Notes: a model not told the origin generated them from the sequence alone. A DNA stretch of 57,629 nucleotides from Bacteroidales bacterium (GCA_034004335.1 JAVEWX010000003.1:1-57629), one strand, 5' to 3'; positions 18,539 to 28,425 are shown, numbered from the stretch's first letter. A program made the numbers and translations.

Positions 18539-20887
18539 TTACCTTTCCCTGAGACTTGCTCCTTCGTTTATAGGATCAGCGTCCATCACGAACATTCCCC
18601 GCCCGTGTGTGGCGATAATTATGAAGTTGTCGCGCGGGTGTACCTGCAGGTCATGAACATATGCAAACGGCAGGTTGCCCAGCACGTCCCATCTTTTTCC
18701 GCCATCCTTGCTGATAAATACCGTGCCGTCGGTTCCGGCATAGAGTATGGATGGGTTAATGGGATCCTCGCGTATTACATTCACCGGTCCTACGGGTATG
18801 TTACCTGAAATGTCTGTCCAGGTATCTCCGTAGTTCACCGATTTCCATATATATACCTGGAAGTCATCATCCCTTCTGCCGGTTTGTGTCATATAAACTG
18901 TCCCGGGTTCGTATTTCGATGCTGTGACGCGTGATACCCATCTTTCGGGAACAGATCCGCTACGGATCTCTTTCCAGTTCTTCCCTCCGTCCATGGTTCT
19001 CCATATCCGGCCGTCGTCGGTTCCTGCATAGATGAGTCCCTGACGCAGGGGTGACTCATCAAGTGTCTGGATGGTCTGGTAGTTTATATCACCCAGTTTC
19101 TTCGGATCGTTGTATGTGAGGTCTGGACTGATGAACTCCCATGTATCACCCCTGTCGTTTGATCTCATGACATACTGCATACCGTGGATTACGATATCCT
19201 GGTTATGCGGAGAGAGGATAGTCGGGGCTACCCACTGTCCCCTGAGCCTTGATCCGTCGGGATGATGAGTGGGGATGAGATCCTTTCGTCCGGCAGGATA
19301 GTCATTGATATTGGCCCGGGCGAGGGCACCATAGAAGGTGCTCGAGTAGACGGTGTTGTTATCGCGGGTATCGATGGCATGTGAACTGCCCTCGGCTCCA
19401 AGGATGTTCTTGAATTCGACGGGACGAATGGCGCCGCGGTTCCTGGTGACCTGAACAGGCCCATAGTAGCTGTGGTGGTCCTGTATTGACCCGAATACCC
19501 TGAACGGTTGGCTCATATCGTAGGCAATATTGTAGAACTGAGCCAGGGGAAGAACATCAATCGGATATTTCCATGACCTGCCCTTGTCGTACGATATTGT
19601 CAGTCCGCCATCCTGTACATTAAGGATGTAATTTGAATTGTCGGGATCGACCCACAGACCGTGGTGATCTGAATGCGGACCCCTGAGGGAGGTGAATGTT
19701 TTTCCCCCGTCTCTTGACACGTTGAGTTGTATGCCAAGGGTGTAGATGGTGTTCTCATCATTCGGATCAACCCTTATCTGTCCGAAGACCCAGCCATAGG
19801 TGCCTGAGTGTCTTTCCATGAATGATTTCATCTGGGCAGTCAGCCCGCTGACCTGTGTCCAGCTTGCTCCGGCGTTGTCTGACCTGTAAACCGTGGCTCC
19901 CTTAATGACATCCTGCTTCTGGCGTCCGTATGAGTCCATCTCACCCGGTTTGGCAGTATAGGCTATTTCATAATTATCAAGATAAGCATATATGATGTCG
20001 GGTTTGGTAAGGCACAGGTCAATACCTATTCTTCCCCTGTGCTGCGGTGCGGGAATTCCGTTGTTTATCTGTATCCAGTTTTTACCGCCATCGGTCGATT
20101 TCCATATTCCGCAGTTACGTGTATGTTCGAAAGTTCTGGGGTCGTTCCATTTGAGTCTCATGCGTTCCCATGTTGTCGCGTATATGACGTCAGGGTTGCG
20201 GGGGTCGAGAAGCAGGTCGAATACACCTGTGTTCTCATTGACATAGAGTATTTTGGTCCATGTTTTGCCACCATCTGTCGTCTTGAAGAGTCCGCGCTCT
20301 TCATTGGGTGTCCATTCGTGGCCCGTAGCAGCGACATAAACAATATTGGTATTTACCGGATTGATACGTATCCTGCCAATGGTGTTTGTATTCTCCAGTC
20401 CCATCAGCTGCCATGTGGTGCCACCGTCTGTCGTTTTGAAGACACCACACCCGGCATTTGAACTACGGAAGATATTTGCCTCACCGGTGCCTACCCATAC
20501 CACATCGTGGTTCTTCGGGTCAATGGCTATGTCGCCTATTGAGGCGGTTGGCATGTCATCGAATACAGGCGTAAACGTAGTCCCTTCATTGGTCGACTTC
20601 CAGACACCTCCTGTTGCTGAGCCTACCCATATGAGGTAGTTGTTACCTCTCGGCGAAACTGCTTCGACATCTGTACACCTGCCACTTATATTGGTAGGGC
20701 CAATGTATTGCCAGTTCAGATCCTTGTAGGGTGATTCCTGCTTCAGGACAGTCTGCTGTTTGAATAGTTCAAGCCTTTGCTTGTTGTCGGTTACCGGCCT
20801 CTTGGTCTGAGCCGGAAGGTTTACATTTACCATTAAAATGCACAGCAGTGTAATGATAAACACCTTTACTGATCGGTTTTGTTTCAT
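18539..20887 (-). CDS. Secreted BNR/Asp-box repeat beta-propeller protein (sortilin/VPS10-like or GH74-like)
   Basis: 782 aa with a signal peptide. About nine Asp-box motifs (S/T-x-D-x-G-x-T/N-W) are spread along the protein, for example TTDGGTTW, TTDGGKTW, STDGGKNW, SRDGGKTF, SNDRGDTW, TMDGGKNW, SKDGGKRW. Confidence 0.7.
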   Translation of the reverse strand: MKQNRSVKVFIITLLCILMVNVNLPAQTKRPVTDNKQRLELFKQQTVLKQESPYKDLNWQYIGPTNISGRCTDVEAVSPRGNNYLIWVGSATGGVWKSTNEGTTFTPVFDDMPTASIGDIAIDPKNHDVVWVGTGEANIFRSSNAGCGVFKTTDGGTTWQLMGLENTNTIGRIRINPVNTNIVYVAATGHEWTPNEERGLFKTTDGGKTWTKILYVNENTGVFDLLLDPRNPDVIYATTWERMRLKWNDPRTFEHTRNCGIWKSTDGGKNWIQINNGIPAPQHRGRIGIDLCLTKPDIIYAYLDNYEIAYTAKPGEMDSYGRQKQDVIKGATVYRSDNAGASWTQVSGLTAQMKSFMERHSGTYGWVFGQIRVDPNDENTIYTLGIQLNVSRDGGKTFTSLRGPHSDHHGLWVDPDNSNYILNVQDGGLTISYDKGRSWKYPIDVLPLAQFYNIAYDMSQPFRVFGSIQDHHSYYGPVQVTRNRGAIRPVEFKNILGAEGSSHAIDTRDNNTVYSSTFYGALARANINDYPAGRKDLIPTHHPDGSRLRGQWVAPTILSPHNQDIVIHGMQYVMRSNDRGDTWEFISPDLTYNDPKKLGDINYQTIQTLDESPLRQGLIYAGTDDGRIWRTMDGGKNWKEIRSGSVPERWVSRVTASKYEPGTVYMTQTGRRDDDFQVYIWKSVNYGDTWTDISGNIPVGPVNVIREDPINPSILYAGTDGTVFISKDGGKRWDVLGNLPFAYVHDLQVHPRDNFIIIATHGRGMFVMDADPINEGASLRER

Positions 20888-21115
20888 ATGTCAGTGTAGT
20901 TTTGTTAGCACCCTTAAAGATACATCATTTACATAAAACCTGCCTCCAATCGCTGTCAGATAGAGCCTTCGGAAGCAGAAATTTCTCCATCATTGAGACC
21001 AGTGCTTTTAACTTCAACTGGTAATACACAAGTAATCAGTAAAGTGCATGCCATTTCCCAGTGGGGTGGTGGTTAACCTAAAATTGGTAAATTGCAGCAG
21101 CCAAAAGACTATACC

Positions 21116-21802
21116 ATGAGGCATACCATCTTTTTACTTTGCATGCTCATATCATCGGCTGTACTGAATTCACAGAGCCTCGTCAATCCGGCATACGGTC
21201 TGGTGAGTCATGAAACCATGACTGTGAAAGTTGTTGAGTTCACGGAGGACAATATCAAAGTGGTTCTTGAGGTGGAGAATCGGGCAGCGGATGGCTATTT
21301 CTGTGTTGACCGGAATACATACCTGATAATGCCTGATGGTAATCGAACCGGAATGATCAGGCTGGAGGGTTTACCTTATTGTCCCGACCTTTACCGTTTC
21401 AAACGTATTGGTGAGAAATTATCTTTCAGTCTGATTTTTAGTCGCCCGGCAGGTAACCTGCCAGCATGGTTTGACATTGTTGAGGAATGCAGTGATAATT
21501 GTTTTTCTGTCTATGGCATAACTCCCGACCGGGAGATCAGCACAGAGATAGAACGTGCCTATGAGATGGCAGAATCGGGCATGCCCGCGGAGGCAGGGAC
21601 GTTGTTCAGGAAGATCCTTGCCGGCCTGAAAGAGGAAAACCATGGCATAAGCGGTTCGCTTTATTCGAATATAATAATAATGTATCTGCGTGAGGGCGAT
21701 GAGAATTCAGCCCGTGAGTGGTTTACCAGGCTGCAGGGGTCGAAAGTACCCGGGGTAGAACTATATGTCGCCAATCTGGCAGCCAGGGGTATCAGGTGGT
21801 GA
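21116..21802 (+). CDS. Hypothetical secreted protein with a helical (TPR-like) C-terminus
   Basis: I use the ATG at 21116, which gives the signal peptide MRHTIFLLCMLISSAVLNSQ. I recognised no family motif. Confidence 0.45.
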   Translation: MRHTIFLLCMLISSAVLNSQSLVNPAYGLVSHETMTVKVVEFTEDNIKVVLEVENRAADGYFCVDRNTYLIMPDGNRTGMIRLEGLPYCPDLYRFKRIGEKLSFSLIFSRPAGNLPAWFDIVEECSDNCFSVYGITPDREISTEIERAYEMAESGMPAEAGTLFRKILAGLKEENHGISGSLYSNIIIMYLREGDENSAREWFTRLQGSKVPGVELYVANLAARGIRW

Positions 21803-21807
21803 TCTTG

Positions 21808-21844
21808 AAAAAAAATACCGCCCCGGTATGTACCGGGACGGTAT
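21808..21844 (-). terminator. Intrinsic terminator downstream of the FadL-like gene
   Basis: On the minus strand the sequence reads ataccgtcccggta-ca-taccggggcggtat followed by tttttttt. That is a 12-14-bp stem with one mismatch. Confidence 0.55.
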
Positions 21845-21865
21845 GTGATTCAAGTTTGAATGAGG

Positions 21866-23503
21866 TTATTTCCCGAATGAGAAGTCGAGGCCCACTGCAA
21901 TAACCCAGGTTCCCTTGTCGTAAGTCTCCTTAACCGGAACCGGAAATGTGCCGAGGAAGTGATTGTATTCCTTCACTCCCAGATCATACATGGTATAAGC
22001 ACCTCCAACGTTGAGGTCAATCATGTCATTAATACGGTACCCGACACCTGCACCTATTGAATTGGTGTTGGAGCTGTAGCGCTGGTCGTTGAGATAATTT
22101 GAATTCACGCCGGTATATGTGCCGAGCCATCCGGCACTTGCCCTGAGCTTGTCGCTTACATCATACTGGACTCCGAAAGCCAGTTCCTTGAAGTTCTTCT
22201 CAATCATATTAATATTCAGGTCGGCGCTGCCGTCATAGTCAACCTTGTCATCGAAGAACAGGTTCATGCTGCCTGACAGGAGAAGCTTGTCAAAGGGCTT
22301 GTATTCGAATCCGGCTGAAAGTACTGCAGGCATGTCGGCTATCAGTTTTTCGCCCTCTGCGAATATGCCTCCACCCTTGTTATCGGTAAGGGCTGTGGTC
22401 AGTTCGAGTTTGGTTTTGAATTCATACTTGAATGCCACATTGAGGTTCTCTGACAGTGTGAAATTAACCGATATCATTGGTGTCCAACCCTTGCCGGTTT
22501 GCTGTGCATCAACCAGCCTGTCCTGTGTCATTTCAGCATAGTCTGACAGGTCTTCGGCTTTGGATGCAAAAACCGGTGCGGCTCCGGTGAGAACTACCTG
22601 AGCTGTTCCGATGTTCATTCCTGCGGGGTTCTGTCCGGCAGCTGTGATTATTGCCTGTGCCGTGGCAAGCTGAACCGGGTCGGTAATCAGATCGGAGAGC
22701 AGTGTTGCCGGATCAGCGCCACCGGTTATTGCTGTTCCAATCTGGGCAGCATAAAGAGTGGCTCCTCCAGCAAGAGTATTGAGTGTGGTAGCCCCCGAGG
22801 TAAAGAAATCGCTGGCAAGGACCATGTTGGTGCCATTGTAATTGGCGCCGAAACTCGGGTAGTCCGGGTTGATGCTTATGTCCTTGATATGACCGTTGTA
22901 GGTGTTCTTTGCCGTAACCATCCTTACACCGGCTGCTACCGATATATATTCATTAACTTCAAAGGAGGCGTTGACCTGGTACCCGAAATAGACCGATGAA
23001 CCTTCGAAGAAGATATCTGCTTCATAGGCTGTTGTGGGTATCGCCGGCACCTGGGAATTAAGCAGCGGCACAAGGTCGGCAACCATCATCTCAAAGGAGG
23101 GAAGTCCTGTCTCATATGTAGCACCACCACCACCACCAATCGGGTTAATGCCTGCCGAAAAGGCAAACCGGCCGGTCTTGTAAGCGGCGTAGATGCTAGG
23201 AAAAAGAGGAGCGCTGACATTACCCAGGTACTCCTTGGGCATAGCGCTGCTCAGCAGGTTTGGGTAGGTGCTGGTTATTGTCCTTGTCTGTCCCACTGTC
23301 TGGTTGCTGACCGACAGGAAGAAACCATCTCCCAGCTTTGTCAGACCGGCAGGGTTGTAGTAGACAGCATCAAGTGAGGTAGAAGCATTACGGCTCTGGA
23401 GCCTCGTATACAGGGCACTCTGGTTAGTGTTTGTAACCAGTCCCCCGGCAAGCAAGGTGCCACCAAGTGATGCTGCAACAATGAACATCAACAGTTTTTT
23501 CAT
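21866..23503 (-). CDS. Outer-membrane transport protein, OmpP1/FadL/TodX-like
   Basis: 545 aa with a signal peptide and a FadL-type N-terminal region (GGLVTNTNQSA ... DAVYYNPAGL). Beta-strand patterning alternates along the protein, and it ends FSFGK. Confidence 0.55.
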   Translation of the reverse strand: MKKLLMFIVAASLGGTLLAGGLVTNTNQSALYTRLQSRNASTSLDAVYYNPAGLTKLGDGFFLSVSNQTVGQTRTITSTYPNLLSSAMPKEYLGNVSAPLFPSIYAAYKTGRFAFSAGINPIGGGGGATYETGLPSFEMMVADLVPLLNSQVPAIPTTAYEADIFFEGSSVYFGYQVNASFEVNEYISVAAGVRMVTAKNTYNGHIKDISINPDYPSFGANYNGTNMVLASDFFTSGATTLNTLAGGATLYAAQIGTAITGGADPATLLSDLITDPVQLATAQAIITAAGQNPAGMNIGTAQVVLTGAAPVFASKAEDLSDYAEMTQDRLVDAQQTGKGWTPMISVNFTLSENLNVAFKYEFKTKLELTTALTDNKGGGIFAEGEKLIADMPAVLSAGFEYKPFDKLLLSGSMNLFFDDKVDYDGSADLNINMIEKNFKELAFGVQYDVSDKLRASAGWLGTYTGVNSNYLNDQRYSSNTNSIGAGVGYRINDMIDLNVGGAYTMYDLGVKEYNHFLGTFPVPVKETYDKGTWVIAVGLDFSFGK

Positions 23504-23702
23504 AGGTTTTCCATTTTTAAGTTAAACTTATCCCGGGTGCAGGGCAAGCCATAAGATATTCCCCTTCCCCCATAAACTTGAAATTAATTAAACCTCACAT
23601 TTGGAGTAGTACCCCAAAAGTGAGATAAAAGTATGCAAAAAAATCATTCCTGCAATATGGTTCGATATTTGGTTGAAAAACATCAGATTAACACAAATCA
23701 TT

Positions 23703-23736
23703 GAAAAAAAGAAAACCGTGGACATAAAATCCACGG
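23703..23736 (-). terminator. Intrinsic terminator downstream of the YceI-like gene
   Basis: On the minus strand the sequence reads ccgtgga-ttttatg-tccacgg followed by ttttcttttttt. Confidence 0.6.
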
Positions 23737-23775
23737 AATCCCGGCTGTATCTGTGACCTGGTTTCTTTCATCTGA

Positions 23776-24342
23776 CTACTGAACAGCTGCAATTTTAACC
23801 TCCAGTATGAAATTGTCGTCTATCATATTGTCTCCCAGGTTCTGGAAGAATTTACCCGATCCATACCTTATATTGTATAGGGTACGGTCAACTGTAACGG
23901 TTGAGGTGAATACATTTCCGCTTCTTCTGACCAGGAATGATATCGGTTGCGTAATGCCCTTTATCGTAAGTCTTCCCGCAACTTTTGCCTCGTTATTGGT
24001 GAATGGTTCACTGCCTGTAATCTCAAGGGTGGAATAAGCGAATTTCGCGGCGCTGAAAAAATCATCCGATTTGAGATGGCCAATGAGTTTTTCAGCCATT
24101 CCCCCTGTCAGATCCTCGGTGGTCATGGTATTCATGTCGATAGTAAATTTCCCTGAAACAATCATGTTGTTGCTGATTGTGAACTCTCCGCTGTTAAGGT
24201 TTATTTTGCCAAAATGCTTCCCTGATACCTTTTTGCCTGTCCACCCGAGTACTGAGTTAGCGGGGTCGGCTTTGAAATTCTGGCCCGACACATTTGATCC
24301 TGCCAGAAATAATAGTGCTGTGATTATAAGTACTGTTTTCAT
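23776..24342 (-). CDS. YceI family (polyisoprenoid-binding) secreted protein
   Basis: 188 aa with a signal peptide. The YceI-like pattern is present: W.G.K..GKH.G...., then LTIKGITQPISF. Confidence 0.8.
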   Translation of the reverse strand: MKTVLIITALLFLAGSNVSGQNFKADPANSVLGWTGKKVSGKHFGKINLNSGEFTISNNMIVSGKFTIDMNTMTTEDLTGGMAEKLIGHLKSDDFFSAAKFAYSTLEITGSEPFTNNEAKVAGRLTIKGITQPISFLVRRSGNVFTSTVTVDRTLYNIRYGSGKFFQNLGDNMIDDNFILEVKIAAVQ

Positions 24343-24393
24343 GACTTGTCTGATTCTTTTAATAGTTATTATTCGATTTTTACTGATGCTATA

Positions 24394-24424
24394 ACAAGAA
24401 AAAGCCGTGATTGTTTATCACGGC
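24394..24424 (-). terminator. Intrinsic terminator downstream of the CPA1-CNBD antiporter gene
   Basis: On the minus strand the sequence reads gccgtga-taaacaa-tcacggc followed by tttttcttgtt. Confidence 0.55.
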
Positions 24425-24459
24425 CTTCGGTGAGATACTTATGCAGGGTTTTTACTTTA

Positions 24460-27456
24460 TTAACCGGGTATCGTTATCTCCCTGGTGTATATTCTGGCAT
24501 CGCTGCTGAAAGAATATCTTCTTCCGGGATGCAGGAAGGATGGGTAGTCAAGTCCTGTACCGTCATCGGCAAAAGCCTGCCCGGAAAGCAGGATGCCTAC
24601 CCTGTTTTCAAGGCTAACCCTGCCATCGGGAGTCGGTCTTACTATTTCTCCGTTTTCAAGCCATTGTCTCAATTCTCTCTTGTGCCATTCATTGTATGGT
24701 TCCTGTTTACTGAGAATGTTCTCCGCAAACCTGTTGCATGAGCACTTCCAAAGTTCTTCGGTGAGTACCTCTGATTCTTTCAAGGCCTGTCTCATTCTTG
24801 ATGAGGATATCCAGAGAGCGCTGACAGGAGTGTCGGCCGTTGCAGTGGCAGTGCGGGGAAGACCGGTCAGTACCATCATTTCACCAATAACCGAGCCCGG
24901 ACCCTGAAGGTCTATCTTCTGGGTTCCGATGCTGACGGTTACATGGCCGTGCATAATTATGAAGAGTCCGTCGTCGAGACTTTCCTCTCTTACCAAAATT
25001 TCTCCGATGGCGAACGACCTGTTCTGGAAGGCGTTTACAACCTTGTTCCATTCTCTTCTATTAAGGTTTTTTAGCCAGGGGACCTCCTTGAGCAGATCAT
25101 CTGTTTTGGGCAGTTCAAGGCTTGGGGGTGAATCGACAAGTATCTTCATTTTCTCTTCAACCCTGGAAATCATTTTTTCCGCCTCTCCGGAATCGAGTCT
25201 GCCCTTGTTGAGAAGCTTCTCGATGGTTTTTCTCTCATGGTTCAATACCGTCCTTATTGCATATCTTGTTGTTACCGCACTGTATATCTCAGGATATGAG
25301 TTGCGAAGGTTCCTGAGGAAGGTCAATCCGTGTATTCTGTTTTCATTTATCTCACTTTCAAGCATTTCCAGCTCGTCATGTGTTATTTCTGAGGTGTCGC
25401 CATCGCCTGTGCTGATACTCATATTTTCAAGCAGTTTGAGCGACTCTTCCTGTGCAACCACGAATCCCCTGGCAGAGTCATAGCTTACTGCAAGCCTGTC
25501 GAGGAAGAATCTCTGTGCTGCTTTGCCAAGGAGGGGCATTGACTGAAGTCGTTTGAGGAGTCGGGGTGTTCTCCATTCCTGCTCCAGGTCCTTCCTCTGC
25601 GACAGGGATATCAACCCCCCCTCATCGATGATTTCGTTTATGGCTTCTGTAAGTTTTCTTACAGCCACCGGTCCGAGCATTCCCTCGTTGAACTGGCTCC
25701 AGTAGCTGCTCTTTTCCTTTTCCAGTATTCTCATCCTGGTCTCCGCGATGGCGGTTTCTATCTTTATCTCTTCCCTGATGCGTGAAATACTTTCTTCAGG
25801 GAGATACTCTGATACCTTGTCCCAGTTTGCCCGGCTAAGGAAGCGGTCCTTTCTCGATTTCTGCAAGGCTGTTTCACTGCTCTGCCGCAGGAACCTGTTG
25901 GCCGAGTCGAGCATCATTAGTTTTGCCGGGGCAACCTTCATCAGTCCCAGCTTGTTGAGCAGGGCCTTTATGGTTGTGGCATTAACCAGCAGCGTGAGGG
26001 TTACCAGACCGGCAGTAAGGAACAGGAACTGATCGCGTATTTCCTGGGGTATGGTCTCCTCTGCCGAGATGATGAGCGCAAGTGCCAGTGCAATGGCTCC
26101 CCGAAGGGCACCCCACCACAATACATAGCTGTTTTTCACCGACAGTCCGTAGCCGGCCTTTCTCATAAAGGGGTAGAGTACCGCAATCATAAGAGCCCTT
26201 GCAATATGAACGCCGATGTAAACAAGCAGAAGAAGCACCAGGTTGTTGACGGTTACCTTAGCCTGGTTTGCTATCACGACACCTACAATTAAGAATATGA
26301 GGGTGTTGGCAATAAATGCCGCCAACTCCCAGAATTCATGGAGGAAGTGACTCACTTCCGGACTTATCCTTGTCTTGCCAACCCCTGCCATTACCAGTCC
26401 GAGGGTGACCACTCCCAGGACACCCGATACATGAAAGAAATGTTCTGCGACATAGAAGGTAATGTATGCAGCAGCGATGAGTACCGTTATCTCTATCATT
26501 GCGTCGTTAAAGACCTTCTTCACCCAGCCTATTGCCACCCATCCAAAGAAGAGACCTATCAGCATGCCACCCAGGCCAACCTTAAGAAACTGTATAACCG
26601 GAGAACTGTCCGAACCTTCTCCCGTGAGAACGGCGAGAAAAACCATAAACAGTACGATGGCAGTACCATCGTTCAGCATTGATTCCCCTTCAATGAGGGT
26701 GCCGAGCTTCTTACTTGCTCCCAGTTCCTTAAGCAGGGAGACAACGGCCACAGGGTCGGTTGCGCTGACTACCGAGCCGAAGAGAAAGGCCATGGTCCAT
26801 CCCCAGGCACCGAATCCCCATCCAAGGGCTCTTATCAACATAACGAACACTCCTGTAAGCAGGAGGGCAATGACAATTCCCGGCACTGCCAGAAGGAATG
26901 CATTGGCCGAAGTCTTCTTGAAGGTATGCAGGTCGAGGGCGTATGCGGCCTCAAAGATCAGGGTGGGGAGGAATACAAACAAAATGAGGTGAGGATCAAT
27001 ATCCCCGGCCCAGTCAATTGTTTTACCGATAAAGTCAATGTTGAAGCTGAAGTTGCCGATGTGTATCAGGCCAAGCCATCCCAGTCTGTTCATGGCTCCC
27101 AGTGCCAGTCCGATTATCAATAAGGTTACTGTGTAGGGGAGGGGGCTCCTTCTAAGCCAGTGTCGTGTGGCAGCTCCTATGATGAGAGCAATTACGATAA
27201 ACAGCAGGGGAGTCATATCTCCCTCATGCTCCTCTTTATGACCATTCTCATGGCTGTCATCCCCTGGAGTATCAGCCTGTTGTTCAATGGCGTTATGGCC
27301 TTCCTGAATATCCGCAACATACCATTCCGGGGCAATACCTGCTTCATAATTGTTGTCTGCTGATTCTGTTGACAAATTTCCGGTTCCGGCAAAAACCATT
27401 GAGAATCCGGTAATCAGCAGAACCATAATAACCTGCATTTTGAGGTTTTTTTTCAT
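24460..27456 (-). CDS. CPA1-family Na+(K+)/H+ exchanger fused to a long cytoplasmic region with a cyclic-nucleotide-binding domain
   Basis: 998 aa. There is a signal-like N-terminus and an acidic, His-rich segment (DDSHENGHKEEHEGD). A ~12-TM NhaP/NHE-like core follows (LPYTVTLLIIGLALG ... ATDPVAV ... ESMLNDG). Next comes a ~350-aa helical linker, then a cNMP-binding fold (FIIMHGHVTV ... GPGSVIGEMMVLTGLPRTATATA). Confidence 0.8.
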   Translation of the reverse strand: MKKNLKMQVIMVLLITGFSMVFAGTGNLSTESADNNYEAGIAPEWYVADIQEGHNAIEQQADTPGDDSHENGHKEEHEGDMTPLLFIVIALIIGAATRHWLRRSPLPYTVTLLIIGLALGAMNRLGWLGLIHIGNFSFNIDFIGKTIDWAGDIDPHLILFVFLPTLIFEAAYALDLHTFKKTSANAFLLAVPGIVIALLLTGVFVMLIRALGWGFGAWGWTMAFLFGSVVSATDPVAVVSLLKELGASKKLGTLIEGESMLNDGTAIVLFMVFLAVLTGEGSDSSPVIQFLKVGLGGMLIGLFFGWVAIGWVKKVFNDAMIEITVLIAAAYITFYVAEHFFHVSGVLGVVTLGLVMAGVGKTRISPEVSHFLHEFWELAAFIANTLIFLIVGVVIANQAKVTVNNLVLLLLVYIGVHIARALMIAVLYPFMRKAGYGLSVKNSYVLWWGALRGAIALALALIISAEETIPQEIRDQFLFLTAGLVTLTLLVNATTIKALLNKLGLMKVAPAKLMMLDSANRFLRQSSETALQKSRKDRFLSRANWDKVSEYLPEESISRIREEIKIETAIAETRMRILEKEKSSYWSQFNEGMLGPVAVRKLTEAINEIIDEGGLISLSQRKDLEQEWRTPRLLKRLQSMPLLGKAAQRFFLDRLAVSYDSARGFVVAQEESLKLLENMSISTGDGDTSEITHDELEMLESEINENRIHGLTFLRNLRNSYPEIYSAVTTRYAIRTVLNHERKTIEKLLNKGRLDSGEAEKMISRVEEKMKILVDSPPSLELPKTDDLLKEVPWLKNLNRREWNKVVNAFQNRSFAIGEILVREESLDDGLFIIMHGHVTVSIGTQKIDLQGPGSVIGEMMVLTGLPRTATATADTPVSALWISSSRMRQALKESEVLTEELWKCSCNRFAENILSKQEPYNEWHKRELRQWLENGEIVRPTPDGRVSLENRVGILLSGQAFADDGTGLDYPSFLHPGRRYSFSSDARIYTREITIPG

Positions 27457-27553
27457 ATCTATCCGATGGGTCCTTACTCGAAAATGAAGATAAATATATG
27501 AAAAAAGGAGATGCCCCCTGTAAACATGATCATACTAAATTACGATTCAGACC

Positions 27554-28258
27554 TCACTCTCCGGCAGTAAACCTGTATCCTATGCCCTTTACTGTTTTGA
27601 TATGCTTTTGGCCCAGTTTTTCCCGTAGTTTTCTGATATGGACATCAATGGTGCGCTCACCCACTATGGTATTTTCATCCCAGGCATGCCTGAGTATTTC
27701 GTTGCGCGTGAATACCCTTCCCGGTTTTGACATAAGAAGGCTCAGCAGTTCAAACTCCTTTTTGGGCAGTTCAAGTTCCTTGCCTGAACATATTACCACA
27801 AACCTGTCTCTGTCGATTATTATTTCTGAGTCAGTGATCGTGGCAGAGTCCCTGACATCAATCATCGATTTTTTCCCCCGGCGCCTCAGCAGGGCTGATA
27901 TTCTGCTGATGAGAACTTTGGGACGAACAGGCTTGGTAACGTAATCATCGGCACCGGCATTAAACCCTGCTATCTGGCTATAGTCTTCCGAGCGGGCAGT
28001 AAGAAAAAGAATTATGGTTTCGTCATGAAGTCCGTTTTTCCTGAGTTCCTCACATGTTTCGATTCCGTCCATCCCGGGCATCATAACGTCCAGGACTATC
28101 AGATGAGGTTTTACCCTGGCTGCAACTTCAACAGCCTCCCTGCCATTTACTGCTGTATATACCTGATATCCTTCCTTCGTCATGTTGTAGTTCAGGAATT
28201 CAATGATGTCGGGCTCATCATCGACCAGTAAAATCCTTATGGTTTCACCAGGTTGCAT
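27554..28258 (-). CDS. OmpR/PhoB-family response regulator (REC plus winged-helix)
   Basis: 234 aa. REC motifs are LLVDDEPDI and LIVLDVMMPGMDG. The winged-helix motif is ERTIDVHIRKLREKL ... IKTVKGIGYRF. No histidine kinase gene is adjacent. Confidence 0.9.
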   Translation of the reverse strand: MQPGETIRILLVDDEPDIIEFLNYNMTKEGYQVYTAVNGREAVEVAARVKPHLIVLDVMMPGMDGIETCEELRKNGLHDETIILFLTARSEDYSQIAGFNAGADDYVTKPVRPKVLISRISALLRRRGKKSMIDVRDSATITDSEIIIDRDRFVVICSGKELELPKKEFELLSLLMSKPGRVFTRNEILRHAWDENTIVGERTIDVHIRKLREKLGQKHIKTVKGIGYRFTAGE

Positions 28259-28312
28259 AGTTACAGGCTGTTATTTCTTGACATCCGAAAGGTATAAATA
28301 TCAGATTCCGGA

Positions 28313-28332
28313 AAGGTTAAGCTAAGGTTAAG
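28313..28332. promoter_or_regulatory. Direct repeat AAGGTTAAG x2 with 11-bp period (candidate regulator-binding site)
   Basis: AAGGTTAAG occurs at 28313-28321 and again at 28324-32. It lies in the divergent intergenic region about 55 bp upstream of the response-regulator start. Confidence 0.35.
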
Positions 28333-28425
28333 GATTTGTTATGGTTTATTTTCGTATGCCAAACCGGACACTGGGCTAAATATCAGAAGAACAAATATAT
28401 GGCCATGCCCTGACCCCGGCCTTAA

